This document shows positions 1 to 9,413 of a DNA stretch of 20,000 nucleotides, piece after piece (positions within the stretch are counted from its first letter, which is position 1; each line of letters starts with the position of its first letter). The stretch comes from Coniocarpon cinnabarinum. Taxonomy: Eukaryota. A model generated the notes under the pieces. It searched no databases, was not told the origin of the DNA, and saw nothing but the letters and a program-made list of their open reading frames with translations. Where the stretch lies: the NCBI GenBank assembly GCA_051942205.1, contig JAVECO010000052.1, positions 106,642 to 126,641 on the forward strand. The letters are read 5' to 3'. The position numbers and the translations under genes are program-made.

Positions 1-1
1 A

Positions 2-1064
2 CTTGATGACGTTCGGCAGAGCATCTCTGACCCTCTACGAGGTATTGTAGTTGTATTCCCAAAATGGCTACCGGGCATTGAGGAAATGACGGTAATTCAT
101 CACTTTTGTGACAGCATACCGCATTACCAGTGATAGCGACTTTGAGGCTAGTTGCGGGAGACATCTCTGCCGAGCTCTGGGTGTTTATACTGCTCGAGTA
201 GTTGCGATGTAATAGACGGTGCTTCTGGAGGGATGGCGCGCAATCTCAAGGCTGGGAGTAGGAACGTCCGGAGCTCCGCGGTGCACAGAGAGAGAACTTA
301 GCTTCGACGTTACACGGATGGATCATGTGCAGTGCCTCTAGGCCGCGTGCGTTATCGCTGCAAACGATGATGAGCAGCAGACGAACCTGCGTTGTTTACA
401 TCATTGGCCGACAAGTCTTCGTCCTCAGTGATGCAGTTTCATCCATTTCAATCGCAATAGAAAGTCTCTGCGAAGGTTGCCCTAGTACGATGCCAAAACT
501 CCTGCTTTTCCAAGGACCTGAACATAGTCTGACGAACTGCGTCCAAATCTGTGGAGGCCTTAGGCTTGTGCATGCCAAGTCTCTTATGCTTCACGGCCCT
601 ATACGGTATTCACAAGATGCACGCTAATCCAGAACCGACACGGTCCACATTATAGATACTTGGTGGCGATGTAGCCCAGTAAGCGAAGTGGTGCTAGCTG
701 CACGGTAATTATTCTACTCGTGCACTCATTACGGGTCGAGACTCACCTTCTGTATCTCTCACTCGTCCAAGTCAATGGAGCAGCAGAAATATATGCAATC
801 CATAGCCTAACACAAGAATCCAATGCGGCTATACCCAAGAAGCAGCAGCAAACAGCATTGAATTTTGCGTATCGTCTTTTGTATTGAGCTTTACCAAATC
901 GCATTCGAGGACAACAAATGTACGAGCGTTGGAATGATTGCAAGAAGTTTATACATCACGAGACGTCTTATCGACGAAGTATCAGCGCACAGAGATTCGG
1001 CTTCGAACACAACGAAGAAGCTCGATCTGGCAAATCTTTAGTGAAGTGTACTCCTGCTGTTTGA
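2..1064 (+). pseudogene. Degenerate fungal NLR-like (NB-ARC + winged-helix, pre-TPR region) gene relic
   Basis: Manual translation of + strand 741-959 gives THLLYLSLVQVNGAAEIYAIHSLTQESNAAIPKKQQQTALNFAYRLLY*ALPNRIRGQQMYERWNDCKKFIHH. This matches the L..SLV / IHRLVQ / F..A..LL..FP / W..C..Y..H pattern of fungal NB-ARC-TPR proteins. In-frame TGA at 885-887 and 1062-1064. Weaker upstream fragments: LDDV at 2-13, EHSL near 522-533, LLCFTALYGI near 582-611. Boundaries are approximate. Confidence 0.5.
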
Positions 1065-1631
1065 CACGACTTCTTTGCGAGACAATCCTGAAAGTCAGGC
1101 GAACGTGAGAAGTCCACGAATAGATCGCTCAATACGTTCCAAGTCAAGGCGTTCTTTGAGCAAGTTGATGATTGTTGTTGATCAGTCGTCAGTCGCGACA
1201 CAGACGAAGGCGTAAGACTGGAATGCTGACTACATTTAGCTGTGGCACGCCCAGCTGAGGGCGTTTACTTGCGAGCTCATCCCCTAGCAAAGGTATCAAA
1301 GGAGGGACGAGGTTTCGAACATCACATATTCCAAGGCTGACGCACTTCACTCTTCATAAAGCTGAATATTGCATACTCGAGGTCTGCCAATTTGCTCTGT
1401 TTTGAAAAGCCGCCTCGAATCGTCTTCCTTTGACAGCCTTGTGAATCAATCTGCGAGCTTTACTCCGTGTGTCGTCTCGTCTCGTCTCGTACGAGATCGA
1501 CCCTATTCGAATCAAGCAACTCCGCAAACTCCGAATACCATTTCGATCACCGAAAGCCAATCGTATAAACAGCAAATAGCCCACCTCATCCCCAGTCTCC
1601 GAAGAGTGTGATAATTGCGCAGGTGGACGAA

Positions 1632-2762
1632 ATGGAGGCGCGACCAGCGACTAGGCGCTTTTACAAGGCGCTGTATAACTGGTCACGACTTGACACCTCT
1701 CCATACCACTCCCGTAGGTACATTTCCTCACTTGCTACGACATTGCTAACATTCAGTATAGCACGTTATACTCGACATCTTTGCTCACAATCAGCTCAAT
1801 CAACTCATACGCTTTATTCAGCGAACAAATCAACCCTTCATCCAACATGGCATCGTGCTCCGCAAACGCGGCGCTACTCATCAGCTCCGCAACCCGCACC
1901 CTCGCCTTCATCCACAGCTGCACCAACATCCACATCGACGGAGCAGAGCACTTCTCCAGCCGAGAAAGCAAACAATCTCTTTGCAGCTAATAACAACACG
2001 AATGTGAACCCTGATCTGTCGATGCATATAAGGCTTCTCATGCGTTCGATCCCCCATCCTGTTGCCGTTATAACGGCGAGCGACTTTTCTTCTTCTTCCT
2101 CTTCCAACGACACAACCGCTGACCCATCCAATACGAACTCAAATCCGAGCCCGGAACAACGCCTCCGGGGTATGACCATCTCCTCTTTCAACACAGTCAC
2201 ACTAAGTCCCAAACCCTTCGTCTCTTTCAACATTCGGACACCGTCAAGCACCTACGACGCCCTCATTTCAAACGGAAACAACGGCACGTTCCTTGTGCAC
2301 TTTCTAGCGTCGACTTCCGCAGGCGCGCGAATAGCCGACGCCTTCGCGCGCGGCGAACGCGAAGGCGCGGGTGTTTTCGCCAAGTTAGCAACTGGACCTG
2401 CTGCGAAGAGTGAAAATTTCAAGATCTTTGTGCCCAAGAGCGGCAACGATCATCCCATCTTAGCAGGCGACGGAGTTTTAAGAGCGGTGAGATGTCGACT
2501 CGTCAAGGAGAAGGCCATACAAGTTGAAGATCATTTTGTGGTAATTGCGGAGGTTGTGGGTGTGGTGGGACAGCCGGGGAAGCGTGAAGGATTGGGGTTA
2601 TGTTATGTGGATCGGTCGTATCGGAAGATTGGAGAGGGTATTGAGATCGACGAGATACCGAAGGTGGGAGGGGAGCGGATTCCTGGACAGAGTAGTGAGC
2701 AGGATGTAGAGATGCAGCGGACGATAGGGTTGAATGTGAGGAGGGGCGATGAGGGGAGGTGA
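1632..2762 (+). CDS. Flavin reductase-like FMN-binding domain protein, possibly mitochondrial (376 aa, intronless)
   Basis: First ATG of ORF 1608..2762 is at 1632. Motifs RLLMRSIPHPVAVIT, GMTISSFNTVTLSPKPFVSFNI, FLVHFL, DHFVVIAEV and LCYVDRSYR are typical of the flavin reductase-like fold. The N-terminus is Arg/Ser/Thr-rich and acid-poor, ending RRYSS (presequence-like). Confidence 0.85.
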   Translation: MEARPATRRFYKALYNWSRLDTSPYHSRRYISSLATTLLTFSIARYTRHLCSQSAQSTHTLYSANKSTLHPTWHRAPQTRRYSSAPQPAPSPSSTAAPTSTSTEQSTSPAEKANNLFAANNNTNVNPDLSMHIRLLMRSIPHPVAVITASDFSSSSSSNDTTADPSNTNSNPSPEQRLRGMTISSFNTVTLSPKPFVSFNIRTPSSTYDALISNGNNGTFLVHFLASTSAGARIADAFARGEREGAGVFAKLATGPAAKSENFKIFVPKSGNDHPILAGDGVLRAVRCRLVKEKAIQVEDHFVVIAEVVGVVGQPGKREGLGLCYVDRSYRKIGEGIEIDEIPKVGGERIPGQSSEQDVEMQRTIGLNVRRGDEGR

Positions 2763-3046
2763 CGTTAGTCTCACCATTCTCTTGTTCTTCTTCGATTGTC
2801 TTTCGAGTGCGCTTCTGATGGCTCGTGACCGTCTCAATGCGGCCTACTGTGCCCACATCATGAAGTTGTTACCGCAGCTTGCGAGTCGCCGTGATCCCAA
2901 TCACATCAATGGCCGCCATGGATGTGTACCAATCTGTGTGGTCCCACATGCTTCTCCGCCCTCACAGTATCATAGCCAGCCGTTACATCCCCTGAATTTT
3001 CTTCGATATTGACTTTTCCCATCTTACAATTCCGTGTCGTCGCCCT

Positions 3047-3667
3047 TCAACCCCCAGTCCCCTCAATCTCCATCCCCTCCTCATCCAACCCCTCCAGCAT
3101 CTCTTTCGCTTCCCTCCACAACTCCCCCTCCTTCCTCCAACCAACCTCATCCCGTCTCGAATTCAACCATCCCAAATCAAACCCACCCACGGTACCAATC
3201 TGATCCCGTGAAGTCTTGGCCCCCTTCGCAGCCACAATGCCCGCCTCTTCAAGCGCGTACGCCTGACGACGCAAGCGAGCTTGAATACCTTGCAGCGTAT
3301 GCAAATACGTTCGATTATGTTCGGAGAAGGTGGATTGGATCTCGGAACTTGAAAGTGTGGGGATCAGATCTGGGTTTGGTATATTGCTCGTTTGAGTCCC
3401 TGAGACGGTGGTGGGGTCGGTGGCTGTAGAGGGGCCGTTAGTGGTGGTGGGAGCGTTGGTGGAATCCAGATTTGGAGAGCTGCCCTGTTCGAAATTGGAG
3501 TTTGTTGGGTCTTGTGAAGAGGTGGAGGGGGGCCGACCGGTCAACGATTGGACGGCGAGACCTGCGTGGTGGGGGAGAGAGGCAATGAGGTTGTCGATGT
3601 CGGAGAGGTCAGTGATGCGGTCGGCGTGGGGGATGGGTTCGACATCGTCGTCGGCAGTGTCAGTCAT
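3047..3667 (-). CDS. MED11: Mediator of RNA polymerase II transcription subunit 11 (206 aa)
   Basis: RITDLSDIDNLIASLPHHAGLAVQSLT, YLHTLQGIQARLRRQAYALEEAGI and GGFDLGWLNSRRDEVGWRKEGELW match the Pezizomycotina Med11 pattern. ATG at 3667, TGA at 3047-3049. Confidence 0.85.
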   Translation of the reverse strand: MTDTADDDVEPIPHADRITDLSDIDNLIASLPHHAGLAVQSLTGRPPSTSSQDPTNSNFEQGSSPNLDSTNAPTTTNGPSTATDPTTVSGTQTSNIPNPDLIPTLSSSEIQSTFSEHNRTYLHTLQGIQARLRRQAYALEEAGIVAAKGAKTSRDQIGTVGGFDLGWLNSRRDEVGWRKEGELWREAKEMLEGLDEEGMEIEGTGG

Positions 3668-3958
3668 GTTCAGTTGAGTAGTGTTTGTATTACATGGAGG
3701 TTACTGTAGGCCAGCTACGCGAAAGCTATGCGTAAGTCTAGTAGGTAGGTGACTCAGCCAAATCTGATGTAGCGGATGAGTACCCTGCCGACACTCGCCT
3801 CCGTAGACGGCGAAGGTGGCGTGACAGGTCACAACACCATCGAGCTAAAGATCGGCATTGGCATGAACAGTACTAGAATAAACACAACGTATAGATGAAT
3901 ACCAAAGTCACAGTTTCATTCAGAAAGAATAGAGAGTTATGTAGTTCGCGCTGCATCA

Positions 3959-6808
3959 TCAAGCATTCCTGGTGTTCCACGGTGAGTTTCGGCCAGCACC
4001 AATAGGGCTCAGCTTGGGAGGCGCAGGACTCGTAGTATTCGGTCGACTACTGCTGCCAGGCCGCTGGGAGCCGCCGCTGCTACCGACGCTGCCCTCTCTG
4101 GCTGTCAAGTGCGGATTGTTTTGGCCATGATTCACCCCATTAGGGCGTTGCTGGCCCGGATCGATTTCATCCTCAGTGAATCCGCTCATGTTCGATAGCA
4201 TGGAGCTGGACCTGACGCGAGTCTGCTTGAAGACTGAGCTGCGTCTGCTTTGAGCCGGTGGGGTGCCAATCGGTGGCTGCATTGGATGGAATGGGTTGAG
4301 ACCTGAGGGCAGACGATTTGGAGCGACTGCGAGGTTGGAAAACGAGCCCTCAGGTGTCTGAGGGACACCAACGTCATTGCCGACATACCCCTGCTCAAGG
4401 AACTGAAGCTGCTGTTCCAGATGGGCACACTGCTCATTGACGTTGGAGCGCTGAGACTCAGTGTTACGTAGCTGAACTCTCAGTCGTCGCTCTTCATCAA
4501 CGGCCTTTGCCATTTCCGACAGACGCGTCTGGTCGCGACGCTTTTGATCTTGTTGTTCTTGTTCGCTGGCAGCGAGGAGTGCTTCCCGCTGTGTCTGAAG
4601 CTTTTGCAAGCGATTTTGATAGCGTTCTTGGCTTTTTTGCAGAGACGTAGCCTCCCCTCGAGCAATGCTAACTTGCTTTTTAAAATCCGACTTAGTGTTC
4701 TCAACCTCCAGGCAGAGCTTTGCGTGGGCCTCCTTTCGCGTACTCAAGGATTCTTTACTGAGGTTTGCAGCTCGTCGTTGATCGGACGGAATTTCGCCAA
4801 GATCTTGAACCTGTTGGGCGAGAGATTCTGTCATGGACTCGGCCTGTTTGATGCTTTGGTTGTATTGATAAGACCGTTGACGCTGCCGTTCATCAGTGTT
4901 GCCAGTCGAGGCCAAGTGACTTTCTGCCTTTCCGATTTCTTTCTTCAAGTTGTTGACGTTGTTCTGACGATTCTTCCTACCGCGCTTGGAGCGATTGCGA
5001 CAGTCAGACAAGTGCGACTCCGCAGCTGAGATCGATTTTCGCAGAGTAGACGTTGGTGACGATGGCCTGAAGGAGCCCTCCAAAGGGGCGCGGTCGAGGT
5101 TGGGATCTGGACGAGTGACCAGGGTCACTGAGTGGATTAACACTTGACTTTGCGGCTGGAACACCTCCACAACATAGTTCGTGAGCGACGTGAGGCCGAA
5201 GATCTTGCCTTTGAGCAGTCTCTTTTCCCCAACGCTTTCGTCGCTTTCGATTGACGCTGAACTCCACTCGGCTCCATTGACGCGGACTGTGAAAGGGAGA
5301 GGTTGTGTGGTCCTCCCTTCTTCGGTAGGCGTGTCCGCACTGCCAGGCGAATCCGGCCTTGTCATTTGGCAGAGCTTGAAGCAGACATCGGTATCCGACA
5401 CATGCGTGATCCAGATGCGACTGCCAGTACTTTGGTGAGCTGGACCATCGGGGCGAACAACACCACGAGTTCCACCTTCGAATAAATCTTGAGATGCTTT
5501 TGATTGTTCTATTTCTTTTAAAACTGTGACTTTGGTATTAGCAATGGCAGCCCAAAAAGGCTGCTGACTTCGAACGAATGTGGCCTGTTTCTTCTTCTTT
5601 TTCGTTATTGAAAGTGATTTCTCTCTTCCTCCTTCCCTCGGCGCAGGTGATGGCCCAGGCTGACGGCCATCAGAGCTAGTATTTCGGCCACCGTCTAAAA
5701 TAGCTGGGTTTGCGGAGACAGCGGGAGATCCGGGTGGGATGAACGCAGGATCTGATTCACCCCTCCTCACGGATCCCCAGTGCATAATCCAACGACGGAG
5801 GATGCGAAGGAGGCCTTGGGCGAAGATGTGCAATTCGACAACGCGTCGAAACCAATTCCGATCGATTTCAGGAGTGACGTCGAGAGTGTCCAAAATATCA
5901 TCCGGCTCAAAGGGACCGAATTTGGTGCTTGAAGAGGCAATGTTAAGGACCGAACAGACCACGGACAAAATATGATAGCGTATGTTCCATAGTCTTTGAC
6001 CAAGCAAATGATGGAGACCCACGATACCAAAGCAGAGCAAACTTTGAGCATTCCCGTTCCTTCCAGAAGTTCCACCACCAAGCGAAACCGCAATGACAGC
6101 TTGCGCCAGATCCATGGGAAAATCCTTGGGCATCCACGATATACTCAACGCGCCGCCACACAGAAAGTCCATGATGAGCATGGTGATGATTGACGGGCTT
6201 CCGCCATGGCTCTGGGACAAATCGTGCAGGATGGATGAAGGCGACCAAGCAGTCGGAAGAGAGCCAAACGTCAGGAACGCAAAGCAGACCTGGATGAGAC
6301 CAAGGACGCTGTATGGCAGCTGCATCAAGACAAGCAAGATTGCCATGACGTCCATGAAGGAAAGCTCGGCTATTACGGTGCTTTTGCTGTCGGTCCAAGT
6401 ATGAAGCAGACCTCTTGCACCGACACTTTTCGTGACGCTTGGACTCTTCGCTGCCATGATACCTCGATCTTCACTCGGCCCAGGCACGCCAAATTTGGTC
6501 GGACTCGAGGCGTGCGTCTGGCTGGACTGAGGCTCCATCGCAGCGAGGATTGGCGCGGGCTGGGGATGAATGGCCATTTGACTGGGTCGCTCGTTGACGG
6601 AGTGGTCCTCCGGAGCGGTCGAGACGGGCGATTGATCTAGTGAGGAAGACGCGGAAGCGGCGTGAATGGTAGGCGACGGTCGTCCGGCATGACCATTAAG
6701 GTGGGAGTCGGACTTCTGCTTCTTGACCTGCTTGGCAGGGGGGGCAAGACCATTCTCGTGCCGTCTATCTCTGAGATTCGCGCTCTTGTTCTTGTGCTTT
6801 GGTGGCAT
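3959..6808 (-). CDS. acrB: Probable ubiquitination network signaling protein AcrB-like (TM segments + coiled coil, 949 aa)
   Basis: The ORF-track start at 6946 is TTG; the first ATG is at 6808 (MPPKHKNK...RHENGLAPPAKQVKKQKS). It has hydrophobic segments (DVMAILLVLMQLP, DLAQAVIAVSLGGG), the motif VRSQQPFWAAIANTKV, an FN3-like stretch (VRVNGAEW...IFGLTSLTNYVVEV) and a long C-terminal coiled coil. This architecture is what I recall for Aspergillus AcrB. Confidence 0.8.
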   Translation of the reverse strand: MPPKHKNKSANLRDRRHENGLAPPAKQVKKQKSDSHLNGHAGRPSPTIHAASASSSLDQSPVSTAPEDHSVNERPSQMAIHPQPAPILAAMEPQSSQTHASSPTKFGVPGPSEDRGIMAAKSPSVTKSVGARGLLHTWTDSKSTVIAELSFMDVMAILLVLMQLPYSVLGLIQVCFAFLTFGSLPTAWSPSSILHDLSQSHGGSPSIITMLIMDFLCGGALSISWMPKDFPMDLAQAVIAVSLGGGTSGRNGNAQSLLCFGIVGLHHLLGQRLWNIRYHILSVVCSVLNIASSSTKFGPFEPDDILDTLDVTPEIDRNWFRRVVELHIFAQGLLRILRRWIMHWGSVRRGESDPAFIPPGSPAVSANPAILDGGRNTSSDGRQPGPSPAPREGGREKSLSITKKKKKQATFVRSQQPFWAAIANTKVTVLKEIEQSKASQDLFEGGTRGVVRPDGPAHQSTGSRIWITHVSDTDVCFKLCQMTRPDSPGSADTPTEEGRTTQPLPFTVRVNGAEWSSASIESDESVGEKRLLKGKIFGLTSLTNYVVEVFQPQSQVLIHSVTLVTRPDPNLDRAPLEGSFRPSSPTSTLRKSISAAESHLSDCRNRSKRGRKNRQNNVNNLKKEIGKAESHLASTGNTDERQRQRSYQYNQSIKQAESMTESLAQQVQDLGEIPSDQRRAANLSKESLSTRKEAHAKLCLEVENTKSDFKKQVSIARGEATSLQKSQERYQNRLQKLQTQREALLAASEQEQQDQKRRDQTRLSEMAKAVDEERRLRVQLRNTESQRSNVNEQCAHLEQQLQFLEQGYVGNDVGVPQTPEGSFSNLAVAPNRLPSGLNPFHPMQPPIGTPPAQSRRSSVFKQTRVRSSSMLSNMSGFTEDEIDPGQQRPNGVNHGQNNPHLTAREGSVGSSGGSQRPGSSSRPNTTSPAPPKLSPIGAGRNSPWNTRNA

Positions 6809-7053
6809 TAAATGCGGAAGGACGCATGTGTCTGACCCCGAGCCTGGACGGCTAGCGAAAGCGACGCCAATCGCAGGCAGGGGCAGAAGCTCAGAGCGCT
6901 GACGGAGAGCGCGGCGCGGGCGCAGGAGAAGCAGGAGGATGGACAAAGACGGTCGTCAACGTGGTGGTGGGGGGAAGTGGAAGAGGAAAAGAGGAGAGGC
7001 ACCGGTGACAGAGGCACAGAGGCAGACGACACACAGAATCGGAAGCGTCTGGT

Positions 7054-7081
7054 GGGTTAGTGGTTAGTGGTCAGTGGTTAG
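7054..7081. repeat. Imperfect 7-bp tandem repeat (TGGTTAG)x4
   Basis: gggttag tggttag tggtcag tggttag read directly; lies about 250 bp upstream of the acrB ATG. Confidence 0.8.
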
Positions 7082-7579
7082 TTCGTCTGTGCAGCGACAG
7101 GGTGGACTTTGCCTGCACTCATGCGCTGATCCACAGCCCTAAACCTCGAAATCTCTAGCGGCAATCATCACCCAAATCCCCAGCCGAGCCCTGTTCCTCG
7201 TCTCTTCTCTGCTCGTCTGATATCTGCCAGACCGATATACCTGCTCAGCAACGTGCTCCGGGTGGCGTCGTGCTTGTTCGGCAGTGCTGATGGGGCAGGG
7301 TAGCCATTGCGTTCAACTCTCGCGAAACCTTCTCGCCACCTCAAAGCTGACCCTGTACGCACTAGATAAAATATGGACGCGGCGGATAGCCACCCACAAA
7401 GGCTCAAAATCTATTCCATGACGATGCTCCATATCTCGTTACCATGCACGCGTATCTCTACAGGTCTGCTGATGCTCCCCCAAACCCAAACGCCTCAAGC
7501 TAGATACACATTGCATGATCCAACACCTGCGTCAACGTGCCATCATTCCTCGCCATGAAAAGGATATTCATGCTCCCAC

Positions 7580-9413
7580 TCACAGCAGAATCATACCTGC
7601 CCCTGACACAAAAGCCACCAAAACGTAGCCGAACATCTGCAGCAGACCAGTATCAAAGCTAGGAATGCCAATGATGTTTGCTGCTGCTGAGGAGCTGGAG
7701 CCGCTGCCGCCTTGGCTGCCAGAACCGCCAGAACCGCCAGAGCCTCCGGCAGCGGCGGACTGCTGTGAGGAGTTTCCCGATGGCTGCGGGACGTTGCCTG
7801 CGCCGTTGGTGCCGGCTGCTTGAAGTAGAGACACACAAGATCCTAATCGTAAATTGTTAGCTTGTCGCATTCTCACCGGCATGAGCCATGCATGAGCTTG
7901 ATACGTACCGGTGGGGCTTGATGTTGACCGAAGGCTCGCACGTCCGCTGAAGTCACATGCACTTGACTTTGCCTGACCGCTTTGAGCCTGGTAGTATTTG
8001 TTCATGGCAAAAGACAGCTGCTGCTGGGGAGAACACATGCCGTACGCGCCATACGAGCCCGTGGTGATGTTAGTGTTGATGCCTGCACAGGCGCCTCGGA
8101 CTTGACCACAGATGTAATTGAAATCATCCTGGTAGGTATCCTGGTTGTCAGAGGTGGAAACACACTGCAGCTGCGACATCTCACAAGAGCACAGTTCCGG
8201 GTTGGGTGAGGGGGGCAATGGCGTTGCAGGCGCAAGCCACTGCTGCTCACTCGCATCGGCAGTCGATGGAGCAGCCGAAGTGACCACAGATGGGCAATTG
8301 GTTGGGGAGAAGGTGGGGTTGTAGCTGTCACTGTTTGTGCTTGAAGGAGAAACCGAAGCCATCCTCGAAGAGAGATGTGTGAAATCTGCGAGTGGACTGA
8401 CGTTGTTGCCGTCGACACTCACAAGACCAAACTCGTTGGCTTCCTGAAAGTATTCGTAGACGATACCGCCAGACCAGGTTTCCTCCATCCGCGGACCGAA
8501 CAGGACAGGCACGTCGCCAAAGTCACGAGGCTCTACCTGGTTACACCCGTACTCGGCAAAGAAAATAGGCACTGAATAGTCCTGGAAGAAACGCGTTCTT
8601 TCTTGATATCCCGATTCTTCGAACGTAGAATCGCCACACCACGAGTAGACGTTGTAGCCCCAAAAGTCAATCGCCTCAGCTGGATCACCGCAGTTGAAAT
8701 ATTCTGCCAGCTGGTCGCGAATGGGGCCATCATAGGTCGCGTATCCAACACCCATGGGATGATAGTTCTGACTTCGAATGTACGTTTTGGAATCGCGCAC
8801 TGCAGCCTTTACAAATGCGCTGGCCGCTGTAGTGTTGGGACTGTTGGAGACTTCATTTCCAGCAAAGAAGCCCAGAACATTGTTGTATTTTGAGAGGGAG
8901 TCGATGACACTTGTGTATCGTTGGTAGAGAAGGACGTTCCAATTGGGATCATCTCTGTTGATAGATTGATTGGGCTCGCTCAGATCTGAGACGACATATA
9001 TGCCCGCGTCGGCCAGCATTTGCATGCAGTCATCATGGTTCTGTGTTGGATCAATGGCATACGTTCGAATGACATTCGTGCGCAGCTGGGTAAGGTAGGG
9101 AACATCGCGTCGACAGTTGTCTGCGTTGGAGAGAGGATCAATGTATTGTGTGTTGTCGCTGTCGCCCACGGTTCCGTTTGAACTGAGACCCTGCTGATAT
9201 GCGACGCCCCTCATGTAGAATTCCGACCCATTATTCGAGTAGAAAAAATGCTGGCCCTTGATCGCCCTTGAAGTGCTCTTAGCTTCGAACACTGTGGGAG
9301 GACGTCAGGCGTTCTTACAGCGATGGTATAGTTTGCCACGAGGGCTGCTGTGCTACCGCACTGGCGGCGCTGAGCGCTGCGATCGTGGCGCCTGAGAATC
9401 TTGAGCCTCGCAT
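7580..9413 (-). CDS. GPI-anchored beta-1,3-glucanosyltransferase, GH72 + X8/CBM43 (Gas/Gel family); exons 9413-9319, 9266-7909, 7842-7580; 571 aa
   Basis: Exon 1 encodes a signal peptide (MRGSRFSGATIAALSAASAVAQ). Intron 1 (9318-9267, GTAAGA..GCTAAG..AAG) restores PSLAIKGQHFF. GH72 motifs: FYMRGVAYQ, catalytic FFAGNEV and FFAEYGCN, WSGGIVYEY. A Cys-rich X8 domain is followed by intron 2 (7908-7843, GTACGT..GCTAAC..TAG), a Ser/Gly linker and a hydrophobic GPI tail. Confidence 0.93.

Noticed and set aside
325..1611. Short ORFs (60-100 aa) on both strands as independent genes
   Set aside because: No coherent protein; better explained as fragments or antisense of the decayed NLR-like relic and promoter DNA.
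6809..6946. 46-aa hydrophobic N-terminal extension of AcrB in the ORF track
   Set aside because: It starts at TTG, not ATG. The sequence is pyrimidine-rich leader, and family-like sequence begins at ATG 6808.
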